From Ruminococcus flavefaciens (GTDB lineage Bacteria > Bacillota > Clostridia > Oscillospirales > Ruminococcaceae): a stretch of 64,000 nt of DNA. A model generated the notes under the pieces. That model saw only the letters and a program-made list of their open reading frames with translations. It did not search any database and was not told the DNA's origin. The stretch covers positions 4,471 through 68,470 of the forward strand of contig JAMPIL010000008.1 in assembly GCA_023662725.1 (NCBI GenBank). Direction: 5' to 3'. Below, piece by piece: positions 10,682 to 20,746 of this stretch. Within the stretch, counting starts at the first letter, position 1, and the number at the start of each line of letters is the position of its first letter. Position numbers and translations under genes: made by a program.

Positions 10682-11041
10682 GTGAAGTTAGCTATGAAAA
10701 CATTATCATTGTATTCTGAATTATTATCACTTTCATCTCCGGCGGCGATAAAATCCAAACTTAGAAACATTAAATATCATAGGTTGGAAAGAAACGAAAA
10801 GTCAATTGGTATTTTCATAGGTGCTCACGGTCGTGGATGTGGTATCCACCCGTGGGACAATTTGAAAAAATGTCCGAGGTGCGGAGGTTATCCGTGGTTC
10901 GTAGGAAAAGACGGAAAAGACTTTCACAGCGGTTCTCCGTATAAAATAATTTGCATGAATGAAAAATGTAATTATCAAAGCGTGAAGTCTGACGATGTTG
11001 AGGTATGCATAAACGATTGGAACGAGAAAGAACCTGATTAG
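10682..11041 (+). CDS. Lar-like (restriction alleviation) zinc-finger protein
   Basis: LKKCPRCGG...ICMNEKC...DWN pattern matches the Lar family CxxC/CxxC/WN signature. Confidence 0.55.
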   Translation: MKLAMKTLSLYSELLSLSSPAAIKSKLRNIKYHRLERNEKSIGIFIGAHGRGCGIHPWDNLKKCPRCGGYPWFVGKDGKDFHSGSPYKIICMNEKCNYQSVKSDDVEVCINDWNEKEPD

Positions 11042-11043
11042 CC

Positions 11044-11547
11044 ATGAGTGTTGTGATAGTTGAAAAAAATATTACATCAGCAACTGCTGACTTAATTGTA
11101 AATGCTGCCAATGGTTGGGGTTATATGGGCGGTGAAAAAGCTCGTCAAGGACTTCTGAACGGCGTTGCAGAAAGTCTCAACCGTGCTACGAATGGCGAAA
11201 TGGAGAAATATTGTCTGAAAAATTCAAGAAAATTTGAACACCTTTCCTCGGTGATATTTGGTACAAAGGCAGGAAAAATATATACCTCTCCTGCCTTTGG
11301 ACTGAATTGCAAAAAGGTTATTCATGCCGTAACAATGAACGCTCCTGCAAGCAAAAGCAATATAAGAACCATTACAATTCTTGTGAATTCAATATTTAGG
11401 TACTGCAAAGAAAACGGATATAGCACAATTGCAATGCCGCTGCTCGGAACAGGAACGGGCAGCTTAGACAAAGAGGAAGTATATAACGTTATTTCAAAAA
11501 CTGCAATGCTTTTTCCCGAATTATCAATAGATATTTACGTAAACTGA
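11044..11547 (+). CDS. Macro domain (ADP-ribose binding/hydrolase) protein
   Basis: NIT..ADLIVNAAN, GG..GVA, VIHAV, IAMPLLGTGTG motifs. Confidence 0.85.
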   Translation: MSVVIVEKNITSATADLIVNAANGWGYMGGEKARQGLLNGVAESLNRATNGEMEKYCLKNSRKFEHLSSVIFGTKAGKIYTSPAFGLNCKKVIHAVTMNAPASKSNIRTITILVNSIFRYCKENGYSTIAMPLLGTGTGSLDKEEVYNVISKTAMLFPELSIDIYVN

Positions 11548-11575
11548 AAATAAATTTTAGGAGGCAGAAAAATAT

Positions 11576-13915
11576 ATGAAACTCATAATCGCAGAAAAGA
11601 AAAGCGTAGGCGAAACAATCGCTAAAGTGCTTGGAGCAAAGAGCAAAAATAACGGATACATAGAGGGAAACGGCTACATCATTTCTTGGTGTCAGGGACA
11701 TCTTGTCGGACTTTCTCTCCCCGATAGCTACGGCGAACAGTATGAGAATTACTGGACGTTTGACAATCTTCCCATTATTCCGCAGGAATGGAAGTTTGAA
11801 GCTGACGGCAACAAGGTAAAGCAGCTTAAAGTTTTAAAAGACCTTATGTATAACAGTTCCGTTGACGAGATAATTTGTGCAACTGATGCAGGACGTGAGG
11901 GCGAGTGTATTTTCAGGTATGTGTATAATTTTGTAGGCTGCCGAAAGCCTGTCAAGCGTTTATGGATTTCATCTATGGAAGATACGGCTATTCGTGAGGG
12001 TATGCAAAATTTGCAGTTCAGCAGCAATTACGACAATCTTTTTGCCGCCGGACTTTGCAGAGCCAAAGCCGACTGGCTTATCGGTATGAACGGTTCTCGC
12101 CTGTTCTCCAACCGTTACAGTGCAGCTCTGAACGTGGGACGTGTCCAAACTCCTGTGCTTGCAATGGTGGTAAAACGTGATTACGATATTGTACATTTTA
12201 TCAAGCAGAAATTCTATAATGTCGCTCTGAACTGCGGCGATTTTGACGTAATTTCCGAAAGAATTGAAGATGAAAGCAAGGCTCTTGAAATCGCTCAGAA
12301 GTGTGGCGGCAAAACGGTGGAGGTCACTGACGTTGAAAAGGAAGTGAAAACTGAAAATCCCCCGAAGCTGTACGACCTGACCACACTGCAGAGAGAAGCC
12401 AACAGACAGTACGGCTACACGGCAAAGCAGACACTGGAATACACACAGTCCCTTTATGAAGCTAAACTTGTCACGTATCCGCGTACAGACAGCCAATATA
12501 TTACGGACGATATGGAGCAAACTGTTTATGATTTGGTTGATACAGTCAAGCAAGTTTTTCCTGAATTCTCAACAGGAGTATCCTTTGACGAGGAAACACA
12601 TACAGGTGTTAAACGTTGTATAAACAATGCAAAGGTATCAGACCACACGGCGATTATTCCCACTGCTGAAATTGCAAACGCAGACATTGAGGGGCTGCCA
12701 ACCGGAGAAAAAAATATTCTTTTCCTCATAGCCGCAAAACTTATTACTGCAACGTCTGAACCGCATAAATATGAAGCGGTGAAAGTCACGGTCAATTCAG
12801 AGGGATATGACTTTTTTTCTCACGGCAAGACCGTTATTTCAGGCGGTTTCAAGGATATTGAGAACCTTATAAAATCCCGACTCAAAGGTGAAAATGAAGC
12901 ACCCGAAAAAACAACTGCTTTGCCTGAACTTTTTGAGGGACAGAAGTTTGAACACGCTTCATCAACGGTTACAAGCGGTTATACTTCTCCCCCGAAAGCC
13001 TACACGGAAGATACCTTGCTCAAAGCTATGGCAACGGCAGGAAATACCGATTATGACGAAAATTCCGAAGTGGAGAAAAAAGGCTTGGGTACTCCTGCAA
13101 CGAGAGCGGATATTATTGAAAACCTTGTAAAACGTGGATATATCGAGCGTGACAAGAAAAAAGTAACGGCTTCTGAAAAGGGCGCGCATTTGATTGAAGT
13201 CGTTCCCGAAGAAGTAAAATCCGCCAAACTTACCGCCGATTGGGAAACGAATTTGCAGCATATTGAAAAGGGACAGGCTTCTGCCGACAGCTTTATGACT
13301 GAAATTGAGGATTTCACAAAAGAGCTTGTAAAAAAATATGCCGAAAAAGAGGATGGTCACGGTTTCGCAAAAGAAAAAGAAATACTCGGCAAGTGTCCTC
13401 GCTGCGGCAAGAATATTTATGAGGGTAAACAGAATTATTACTGCGAAAGCGGCAAAGACGGCTGCGGATTTACAGTATGGAAAAATCAGAAATACCCTAA
13501 TACAACAATATCTCCGGAGCAAATAAAAGAGCTTTTAACGGCAGGAAAAACAAGACTTAAAGCCGTATCGAAAGAGGGCAAGGAATACACGGCGGATTTT
13601 ACGCTTGAAGATACCGGAAAATATATCAATCTTGTTTTTTCATATTCCGAAAATGAAGCTTTAGGCAAATGTCCGAAATGCGGCGGAGACGTTCTGAAAG
13701 GTCAGTACGGCTTTTACTGCAAGGGCAAGTGCGGCATGAATATAGGCAAGGTTTACGGCAAGAGCCTGACGGAAACACAAGTGAAAAAATTGCTTAGCGG
13801 CAAGGAAATTTCTTATACCGCCAATGACAAAAAGACCGTTGTGCTGCCGGAAGTGGCTGAAAATAACTATCAGGGAAAAATTTACTATCAATGGAAAACA
13901 AAGAAATCGGAGTAG
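11576..13915 (+). CDS. topB: DNA topoisomerase III (type IA) with C-terminal zinc ribbons
   Basis: IIAEK Toprim, ATDAGREGE, GRVQTP, LVTYPRTDS catalytic Tyr, GLGTPATRA. Confidence 0.95.
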   Translation: MKLIIAEKKSVGETIAKVLGAKSKNNGYIEGNGYIISWCQGHLVGLSLPDSYGEQYENYWTFDNLPIIPQEWKFEADGNKVKQLKVLKDLMYNSSVDEIICATDAGREGECIFRYVYNFVGCRKPVKRLWISSMEDTAIREGMQNLQFSSNYDNLFAAGLCRAKADWLIGMNGSRLFSNRYSAALNVGRVQTPVLAMVVKRDYDIVHFIKQKFYNVALNCGDFDVISERIEDESKALEIAQKCGGKTVEVTDVEKEVKTENPPKLYDLTTLQREANRQYGYTAKQTLEYTQSLYEAKLVTYPRTDSQYITDDMEQTVYDLVDTVKQVFPEFSTGVSFDEETHTGVKRCINNAKVSDHTAIIPTAEIANADIEGLPTGEKNILFLIAAKLITATSEPHKYEAVKVTVNSEGYDFFSHGKTVISGGFKDIENLIKSRLKGENEAPEKTTALPELFEGQKFEHASSTVTSGYTSPPKAYTEDTLLKAMATAGNTDYDENSEVEKKGLGTPATRADIIENLVKRGYIERDKKKVTASEKGAHLIEVVPEEVKSAKLTADWETNLQHIEKGQASADSFMTEIEDFTKELVKKYAEKEDGHGFAKEKEILGKCPRCGKNIYEGKQNYYCESGKDGCGFTVWKNQKYPNTTISPEQIKELLTAGKTRLKAVSKEGKEYTADFTLEDTGKYINLVFSYSENEALGKCPKCGGDVLKGQYGFYCKGKCGMNIGKVYGKSLTETQVKKLLSGKEISYTANDKKTVVLPEVAENNYQGKIYYQWKTKKSE

Positions 13916-13919
13916 TGCT

Positions 13920-14096
13920 ATGAAAAAAAGAATTGCAAAAAAGCAGCTTAAACGCTCGTTAAACATACCTGTTCTTGCGTTCAGAACAGGCGGATTGCCG
14001 AATAGTTACACCTGTCCTCGCTGCGGAAACCGTAATATACAAGAGCCGTGCTGCTTTAAATGCGGTCAGAGGATTTATTTTGAGGAAAGAGTGTGA
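13920..14096 (+). CDS. Small zinc-ribbon protein
   Basis: YTCPRCG...CFKCGQRI; ATG 5 nt after the topB stop. Confidence 0.6.
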   Translation: MKKRIAKKQLKRSLNIPVLAFRTGGLPNSYTCPRCGNRNIQEPCCFKCGQRIYFEERV

Positions 14097-14116
14097 AGTG
14101 TGTCACGGTGACACAC
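14097..14116 (+). repeat. Dispersed palindrome copy 3
   Basis: AGTGTGTCACGGTGACACAC begins at the base after the stop codon. Confidence 0.95.
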
Positions 14117-14135
14117 CGGAAAGGAAAAATCTGTT

Positions 14136-14816
14136 ATGAAAGTGAAAAATATAGTATGTGCTATAGCGTGTTTCGCTGCGGTCACATCATTCACAGGGTG
14201 CATTCCTATGGACAATTCGGTTCATATGAGCAATGAAAAAAACAGCGAAAATATTGTATTAACATACGAAGCAATGATGTATGACAATACCGGAAACAAC
14301 TATGTAACATTCAAGGGGAACAGCTTTAATATTACTCCTAACAAAACCAAGCAATGGGGATACAACTCAAACGGTTCATGGAGCAGTTGGTACGAGACAA
14401 GCTCCGTTGTTTCGATTGAGATTGACGGTCACTATATTCAATCATGCGGCAGTACAATTATTTTTAAAGATTCACGTCTTGAAATAACGCCATTGGAAAC
14501 CGAAATCGGAGTTTTGGACAGTTCCAATCAATCAGGATATTCGGTAGATATTCCTGCTGACAATTTTAAAAATTACTTTGCTCTTACCAATTGGTGGTAT
14601 GATTTGCACGAAAACGGACAAGGCGGAGCAAAAGCGGTTCTTATTCAATCTCAGGACGGATATAACATTGGTGTTATTGAGGGAAATGAAGTTACATGGG
14701 AAGTTGCAGAAAAGCTGCCCAAAACAACGTTGATTAAAATTGACGGTATGCCGTTGTATATACATCGCTGCAATTTTTCTATTATTGATACTGCTCTGTT
14801 TGACAGTGTTACATAA
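14136..14816 (+). CDS. DUF5052-like lipoprotein
   Basis: Lipobox-like FTGC; SSVVSIEIDG..IQSCGSTIIF motif; flanked on both sides by palindrome copies. Confidence 0.65.
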   Translation: MKVKNIVCAIACFAAVTSFTGCIPMDNSVHMSNEKNSENIVLTYEAMMYDNTGNNYVTFKGNSFNITPNKTKQWGYNSNGSWSSWYETSSVVSIEIDGHYIQSCGSTIIFKDSRLEITPLETEIGVLDSSNQSGYSVDIPADNFKNYFALTNWWYDLHENGQGGAKAVLIQSQDGYNIGVIEGNEVTWEVAEKLPKTTLIKIDGMPLYIHRCNFSIIDTALFDSVT

Positions 14817-14830
14817 CATAATTGCAAAAC

Positions 14831-14851
14831 AGTGTGTCACGGTGACACACT
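14831..14851 (+). repeat. Dispersed palindrome copy 4
   Basis: Perfect 21-bp palindrome. Confidence 0.95.
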
Positions 14852-14959
14852 ATCTCATTAATAAAGGATGGTTATTTATATTTTTTATTATGACAATCAA
14901 AGAAATAAAGGAAGATATTAAAAATGTAAATCAAACGGAAGATTGCGACCAAAATTAAT

Positions 14960-14977
14960 TGTGTCACGGTGACACAC
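14960..14977 (+). repeat. Dispersed palindrome copy 5
   Basis: TGTGTCACGGTGACACAC. Confidence 0.95.
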
Positions 14978-15059
14978 GACATAATAAACGCACCAATTAA
15001 CACACGAATATAATCCCTTTGGGGTTATAAAATATAAAAATAAAAGGAGCAAAAAATCT

Positions 15060-15533
15060 ATGAAACACACAAAAAAGACACTCGCACTCACATTGGCGGC
15101 AGTAATGGGACTGTCAGCTGCACCAACGTTAAGCTGCTCGGCAATTGAACGAACGGAGTTTGAAAAAACGTATTTCAGCTCTACATACGAAGAACCGTTT
15201 ACCCTTGATTTTATCGTTATCATGTGGTCTGAAAACGAAAACGGAGAGCTTACCATAACAGGCTGTTCCCCTATGTGGTCAAGCAGAGTAAGCGACTATC
15301 CGACAGCTAATGTTCTCGGTGGATTTGTTTTTAACGGTACGCTGAAATTGCCGTCGCATATTAACGGCAAGCCTGTCACGGAAATAAGCGGAGTTAATAT
15401 TGCAAAGTCGGTAGGCGCAAACACAGTTATAATCAACGAAAATATTACGGAAATTTCCGATAATGCTTTCGGGAAAGGCATAACGGTTATGACTACCGAC
15501 AAGGAACTCAGGCAATCGCCTATTTATTATTGA
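15060..15533 (+). CDS. Secreted protein with BspA/LRR-like remnant
   Basis: Signal peptide; GELTITGC and LPSHINGKPVTEI motifs precede LRR_5 repeats in Ruminococcus surface proteins. Confidence 0.55.
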   Translation: MKHTKKTLALTLAAVMGLSAAPTLSCSAIERTEFEKTYFSSTYEEPFTLDFIVIMWSENENGELTITGCSPMWSSRVSDYPTANVLGGFVFNGTLKLPSHINGKPVTEISGVNIAKSVGANTVIINENITEISDNAFGKGITVMTTDKELRQSPIYY

Positions 15534-15613
15534 TTTTTCTCACAGCAATTTAATATTACGGTCAAGGGAGTATGCGTTTTGTATACTCCCTTTTCTGTTT
15601 CGGGAGGTGGAAA

Positions 15614-15856
15614 ATGTATCAGATATTATTTGCCCTTATCGTTTGCGAATTTTCGGCTGACGTTCTTAAAGGTATGTGCAGTAAGCAAAAAAATATTCTT
15701 GAAGAAAAAGCAGCGTATCTTTCTCCAAAAGAAAAAAGAAAATGTGAACAGAAAATCTGTATTTCAGTTTTTTTTGAAAAATTTCTGAAATACGGCGGCA
15801 TAGTCTATGCTTTGCTTGCAGTTATTTTGAAATTCCTACAGCTTATTATTGCTTAG
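15614..15856 (+). CDS. Small two-TM membrane protein
   Basis: GGAGGTGG SD before ATG 15614; two hydrophobic stretches. Confidence 0.55.
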   Translation: MYQILFALIVCEFSADVLKGMCSKQKNILEEKAAYLSPKEKRKCEQKICISVFFEKFLKYGGIVYALLAVILKFLQLIIA

Positions 15857-15873
15857 AAAAACAAGGAGAAGAA

Positions 15874-16929
15874 ATGAATGTATTAAGTTTGTTTGACGGT
15901 ATTTCCTGCGGAATGGTGGCACTGGAACGTGCAGAAATACCCGTTGAAAAATATTCCGCATATGAGATTGATAAATACGCTTTGACAGTCTCAAAGAAAA
16001 ACTATCCCGAAATAGAACAGTATGGAGACGTATTCGAGGGCAATTTCAAAAAACATAAAGGCTGCGATTTGCTTATCGGAGGCTCACCATGCACTTTTTG
16101 GAGCGTTGCTAAAAAAGACAGGGAAACAACTCCCGACGGTGAGGGTTTCAGAATGTTTATGCAGTACATACGAGCATTAGAGGAAAGCAGTCCGAAATAT
16201 TTTTTATATGAGAATAATTTCAGTATTCACAAGGATATAAAGACGGAAATATCTAAATTCTTAGGTGTTGAGCCGATTATGATTAACTCCGCTTTGGTGT
16301 CCGCACAGCATAGGAAAAGATGTTACTGGACTAATATTCCTAACATAATGCAGCCGGAGGACAAAGGCATTTTGCTGAAAGATATTATCATCAGCGGCAT
16401 TCCTTGGCAGAACAAGTCTTATGCTTATACAACAAGATGTCAGGCTGCAACGTTTAAAGATACGCTTGAACGTCACAGGCATACAATGATAGCCAAGCCT
16501 GTCATACTTAACGACATAAACGGAAAGGCAAGGACTATAAAAGCACAGTATAAAAATACGGGTATTCCGAACGCTGCCCGTGCAGACGGTTTTGGGGCAA
16601 CTATGGTTGCAGAGCCTGTCACAAAGCCTATCCATATCGGCAAGTATGGCAGCGGAGGTCAGGGACAGCGTATCTACTCGGTGCATGGTAAATCCGTCAC
16701 GCTTTCTGCAAACGGAGGCGGAAAGGGAGCAAAAACAGGTCTGTATAAAATTGATTTGCCTGACGGCGATTACATAATCCGCAAGCTGTACCCCATTGAA
16801 GCGGAACGTCTGCAAACACTCCCCGATAATTATACTGAGGGAGTTTCCGACACTCAGAGATACAAGGGTATCGGCAATGGTTGGACTGTTGACGTTATCG
16901 CTCACATTCTCGGATTTATGCCGAAATAA
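15874..16929 (+). CDS. C5-cytosine DNA methyltransferase
   Basis: VLSLFDGISCG (motif I), GGSPC (catalytic), EN (VI), Q.RKR (VIII), RYKGIGNGW (X). Confidence 0.92.
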   Translation: MNVLSLFDGISCGMVALERAEIPVEKYSAYEIDKYALTVSKKNYPEIEQYGDVFEGNFKKHKGCDLLIGGSPCTFWSVAKKDRETTPDGEGFRMFMQYIRALEESSPKYFLYENNFSIHKDIKTEISKFLGVEPIMINSALVSAQHRKRCYWTNIPNIMQPEDKGILLKDIIISGIPWQNKSYAYTTRCQAATFKDTLERHRHTMIAKPVILNDINGKARTIKAQYKNTGIPNAARADGFGATMVAEPVTKPIHIGKYGSGGQGQRIYSVHGKSVTLSANGGGKGAKTGLYKIDLPDGDYIIRKLYPIEAERLQTLPDNYTEGVSDTQRYKGIGNGWTVDVIAHILGFMPK

Positions 16930-16947
16930 AAAGAAAGGACTGAACAA

Positions 16948-17712
16948 ATGGAACATATTTTGTCTCTCAGCTACGGCAAGGACAGTCTTGCCTGTTTGGG
17001 GGCAATTGAAAAATTGGGGTGGCAGCTCGACAGGATAATTCACGCTGAGATATGGGCAACAAAAACCATTCCTGCCGACTTGCCCCCAATGGTTGAATTT
17101 AAAGAAAAAGCTGACAGAATCATAAAAGAACGTTATAGCTTGACTGTTGAACACATTACTGCCGATGATACATACGAAGATATATTTTTCCGCACTTATG
17201 CTAATGGCAAAAATAAGGGTATTATATACGGTTTCCCTTGTATAAAAGGCAACTGGTGCAACAGTAAACTAAAAGTAAAAGCAATCAATAAATGTAAAAC
17301 TGACGGTATTCAATATATCGGGATAGCTTATGACGAACCAAAAAGATTTAAGGTTTTGGACAGCTTTAAAATATCTCCCCTTGTATCTGCAAAATGGACT
17401 GAGAAAATGTGTTATGACTGGTGTATGGAAAATGATTTGCTTTCTCCAATATATAACACGTCAGCTCGCGGCGGCTGTTGGTTCTGCCATAATCAGAGCG
17501 TAGATCAGCTTCGCATACTTCGTAAAAGTTATCCCGATTACTGGAAGCTGCTCCTCCAATGGGACAGCGTTTCCCCTATTTCCTTTAAGCCTGAACATAC
17601 CGTACTTGACTATGAAAAGCGTTTTCAGCTTGAAGATATGGGACTGATATATCCAAACGACAGGCGTTTCCGGTGGGAATGGGTAAAATCATATTTTGAA
17701 AATCATACATAA
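16948..17712 (+). CDS. PAPS reductase-family (PP-loop) protein
   Basis: SLSYGKDS PP-loop; RGGCWFC C-terminal motif. Confidence 0.85.
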   Translation: MEHILSLSYGKDSLACLGAIEKLGWQLDRIIHAEIWATKTIPADLPPMVEFKEKADRIIKERYSLTVEHITADDTYEDIFFRTYANGKNKGIIYGFPCIKGNWCNSKLKVKAINKCKTDGIQYIGIAYDEPKRFKVLDSFKISPLVSAKWTEKMCYDWCMENDLLSPIYNTSARGGCWFCHNQSVDQLRILRKSYPDYWKLLLQWDSVSPISFKPEHTVLDYEKRFQLEDMGLIYPNDRRFRWEWVKSYFENHT

Positions 17713-17713
17713 G

Positions 17714-17733
17714 GTGTGTCACGGTGACACACT
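17714..17733 (+). repeat. Dispersed palindrome copy 6
   Basis: GTGTGTCACGGTGACACACT between a stop codon and the next SD. Confidence 0.95.
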
Positions 17734-17749
17734 TTGAAAGGAGAAGATA

Positions 17750-20659
17750 ATGCCAAAATATACTGACGAACAGGTGGAACGTGCAAAAAATACCGACGTC
17801 CGCACGTTTCTTGAACAGACAGAGGGTTATACTTTTCAGAAAAGCGGAAAGTATCTTAAATGCCAAAATCCCGAAAGGACCGGACAGCCGTCCTCGCTTA
17901 CTGTGGATACCAACATGAACCGCATATTTTACAACTCTGAAACAGGCAACCGTCCGCTTTCCGCTTTGGACTGGTGCAAGGAAATAAAAAAGCTTGATTT
18001 TCAATCTTCCATGCAGCTTATTCTCGGTGAAAATCCACAGGGCGAAAGAGCCGAAAAGCCAAAGTATCAGCAGCACAGGTCAGAGCCTGTCAACAATGAA
18101 CCGAAAAGCCTTGAATTGTCCGAAAAATCGGATACGTCAAAAAATGTGTATGCCTATCTCACCAAAACAAGAGGTATTCCCGAAAACATCGTCAAGGACT
18201 GTCTTAATAAAAATCTCATATATCAGGACGTGAGAAAAAATGCCGTATTTGTAGGATATGACAATGATAACAATGCCAAATATGCCGCACGGCGCGGAAC
18301 GTTCACGCCAGATGGTAAAGAGCCTTTTAAGCGTGACTGCACAGGCAGCGACAAGAATTTTGCTTTCAGGTTAGAGGGCAAAAATACCGACACAATTTAC
18401 GTTGCAGAAGCCGCTATCGACGCACTAAGTCTTGCCGCACTGGAGGACAAATTTCACGGCAGCGGAGCGTATAAGGAAAAAACGTACATATCAACAGGCG
18501 GCGCAGGAATTGACAGCGCAGTAGAGCAGTTCTGCAAGACACACGACGTTAAAACAATCAACATCTGCTTTGACAATGACGAAGCCGGAAAGAACGGAAT
18601 GGAAAAAATAATGCAGCAATTCCGTGAGCAAGGCTATGAGGTAAACGATATGAGGGCAAGTCAGGCGCACGACTATAACGATGAGCTGCTTGCTTTCAAT
18701 CAAAATCCGCAGTTTTATCCTGAACCGCCGTTGACGGTAAGAACGGCTGCCGAAAACGTCCGCACGGAGAAAACAGAGAATATTCAGCCGCCCGAAGCTA
18801 CGGAAAACTATCCCGAACCGCCGATAAATGAAGCGGATATTCCTCCCGAAGATTATTATGCGTACTATGGCGAACCGGACATACCGCCGGAGGATTATTA
18901 CAACAGTTATGAGCAGTACGAAGAAGAAATACCGCCTATGCCCGAACCGATACAAGAAGAAAGGATTGATACCATGCCTGAAATTAGCGTAACGGAAAAT
19001 ACACAGCCGGAGGAAAAAAAGACAAAAGAGGTTGAACAGCCTGTTATGGAGGAAATTAAGACTGTTCCCGAACAGCCGCAGACAAGGATTGTTGAAATGG
19101 CTGAAAGCGTTAATAAGCCGAAAAAAGAGGAAGTTATTCTCCCGAAAAGAGAAGCAGTACCGCCAATACAGACAACTGAAAGCACAGAAAAAAAGCAGGA
19201 AATAAATTCTGTGTCCTCACAGCCGGAACGCAAGGTGGAATTTACCGAAAAACAGCTTGAAAACCTTGATACAGAGGGCAAAATGAATTTTTTGCTTGCT
19301 TCAATGAAAGACCGACAGGAAAATAAACGTGCAGAGCTGCTTGACAAAATCGATAGGATAGACAGCAAAATTGCCGACCGACAGGGACGCATAGACAAGC
19401 TGAATAATAAAATTGCGGATATTGAGACTTCCTTGAAAACGTCTGCTGCATTTAAACGTGCTTTTGGCAATACGCCCATCGGCAAGCTGATTGACAACAG
19501 CATTGAGAAAAAACAAGCCAAAATTCAAAAAATCCGTGAAACGAAAATCCCTAAACATAAAGAAAAACTGGACAGGCAGACCGATAAAAAAGCTAAATCC
19601 GTTAAACGTCTCGGCAAGGTAAATAGGAAAATTAACAAAATTGACAAAGTACAGGGATTTTTCACAGCTATAGGCAGCGATAATAGAGAGGAAAGGCATA
19701 AAGGATTTGTGAATGGTCTTGAAAGCCTTTCCAATATTCGCCGTGAAAGTCTTGAAAACAAGCTGCATAAGACTGAAACTAAAATTGATATGCTTTCGGC
19801 TAAATACAGTTCTCCCGATATTTCTCATACGGAGCGTTATGAGATAGGTAAAAATATTCGCTCTCTCAGAGCTAAATCCACCGTTTTATCCGACAAAATA
19901 GAGAACATGAACAAGCTGCACAGCGATTTGGACGATATAAAGAACGGTAAATTTACCGAAGCTGAAATTGAGACGGTTGTCAATAAGACTGCCGATAAAA
20001 TTTCAGAACGTTTTGAAAAATCCGATAATCAGGAAAAGGGCATTATCAACACGGTAATTGCCAATTCCGTTGAATCCGGAAGTGAAGCAATAAACGAAGT
20101 TACGGCGGAAAAGGCTATTGAACAGGCTGAAAAAAGTAAACCGTCTATTGAACGTGAACGTACTCCCGAAGAAAGAGAGCCTGACGTGAACAAGACAAAG
20201 GAGCTTGATATTTTGACAATGGCAGCGGTCATAACGGGTGTTAATATTTCTGAACTCAACAGACTTCCTGCTGAAATAAAGGCTGACATTGTCGCTGAAT
20301 TTCAGGAGAATAACGGCAATATTTCTTCTGAACAGCTTGCGGAAAGAATATGCGAAATTGCCGATATTGAGCCGCCCGAAGCGGTCAAACCGTCAGAACC
20401 TGAAATAAAGCCGCAAAAAAACAAAGAAAAGGAAAATCCTTTGCGTGAAATTGAGGAAATGACAGAATTGAATTATAACCACATTGACGGGATAATCAAT
20501 AATCTTCCGCCGGAAAAGCCAAAAGAAATTGAACCGGAAAAGGACGAACCTCTTTTTTCACGTTCAAAAATTATGGGAGATGATTTTAAGCCGACTTCCG
20601 AAAAATCGCAGGAGGATAAGGAAAAAAGCAAAAATAAAAACAGTCACATAGAACTGTAA
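17750..20659 (+). CDS. DUF3991/Toprim primase-like protein with long acidic and coiled-coil C-terminus
   Basis: YAYLTKTRGI, NAVFVG, VAEAAIDALS, ICFDNDEAG Toprim motifs, HDYND. Confidence 0.85.
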   Translation: MPKYTDEQVERAKNTDVRTFLEQTEGYTFQKSGKYLKCQNPERTGQPSSLTVDTNMNRIFYNSETGNRPLSALDWCKEIKKLDFQSSMQLILGENPQGERAEKPKYQQHRSEPVNNEPKSLELSEKSDTSKNVYAYLTKTRGIPENIVKDCLNKNLIYQDVRKNAVFVGYDNDNNAKYAARRGTFTPDGKEPFKRDCTGSDKNFAFRLEGKNTDTIYVAEAAIDALSLAALEDKFHGSGAYKEKTYISTGGAGIDSAVEQFCKTHDVKTINICFDNDEAGKNGMEKIMQQFREQGYEVNDMRASQAHDYNDELLAFNQNPQFYPEPPLTVRTAAENVRTEKTENIQPPEATENYPEPPINEADIPPEDYYAYYGEPDIPPEDYYNSYEQYEEEIPPMPEPIQEERIDTMPEISVTENTQPEEKKTKEVEQPVMEEIKTVPEQPQTRIVEMAESVNKPKKEEVILPKREAVPPIQTTESTEKKQEINSVSSQPERKVEFTEKQLENLDTEGKMNFLLASMKDRQENKRAELLDKIDRIDSKIADRQGRIDKLNNKIADIETSLKTSAAFKRAFGNTPIGKLIDNSIEKKQAKIQKIRETKIPKHKEKLDRQTDKKAKSVKRLGKVNRKINKIDKVQGFFTAIGSDNREERHKGFVNGLESLSNIRRESLENKLHKTETKIDMLSAKYSSPDISHTERYEIGKNIRSLRAKSTVLSDKIENMNKLHSDLDDIKNGKFTEAEIETVVNKTADKISERFEKSDNQEKGIINTVIANSVESGSEAINEVTAEKAIEQAEKSKPSIERERTPEEREPDVNKTKELDILTMAAVITGVNISELNRLPAEIKADIVAEFQENNGNISSEQLAERICEIADIEPPEAVKPSEPEIKPQKNKEKENPLREIEEMTELNYNHIDGIINNLPPEKPKEIEPEKDEPLFSRSKIMGDDFKPTSEKSQEDKEKSKNKNSHIEL

Positions 20660-20746
20660 CAAAACTTGTGCAAAGTGCCGAAATATAAAGTCAAGATAGA
20701 AATATCTTGACTTTAGCACTTTAATGTGATATAATATAATGGAGGA

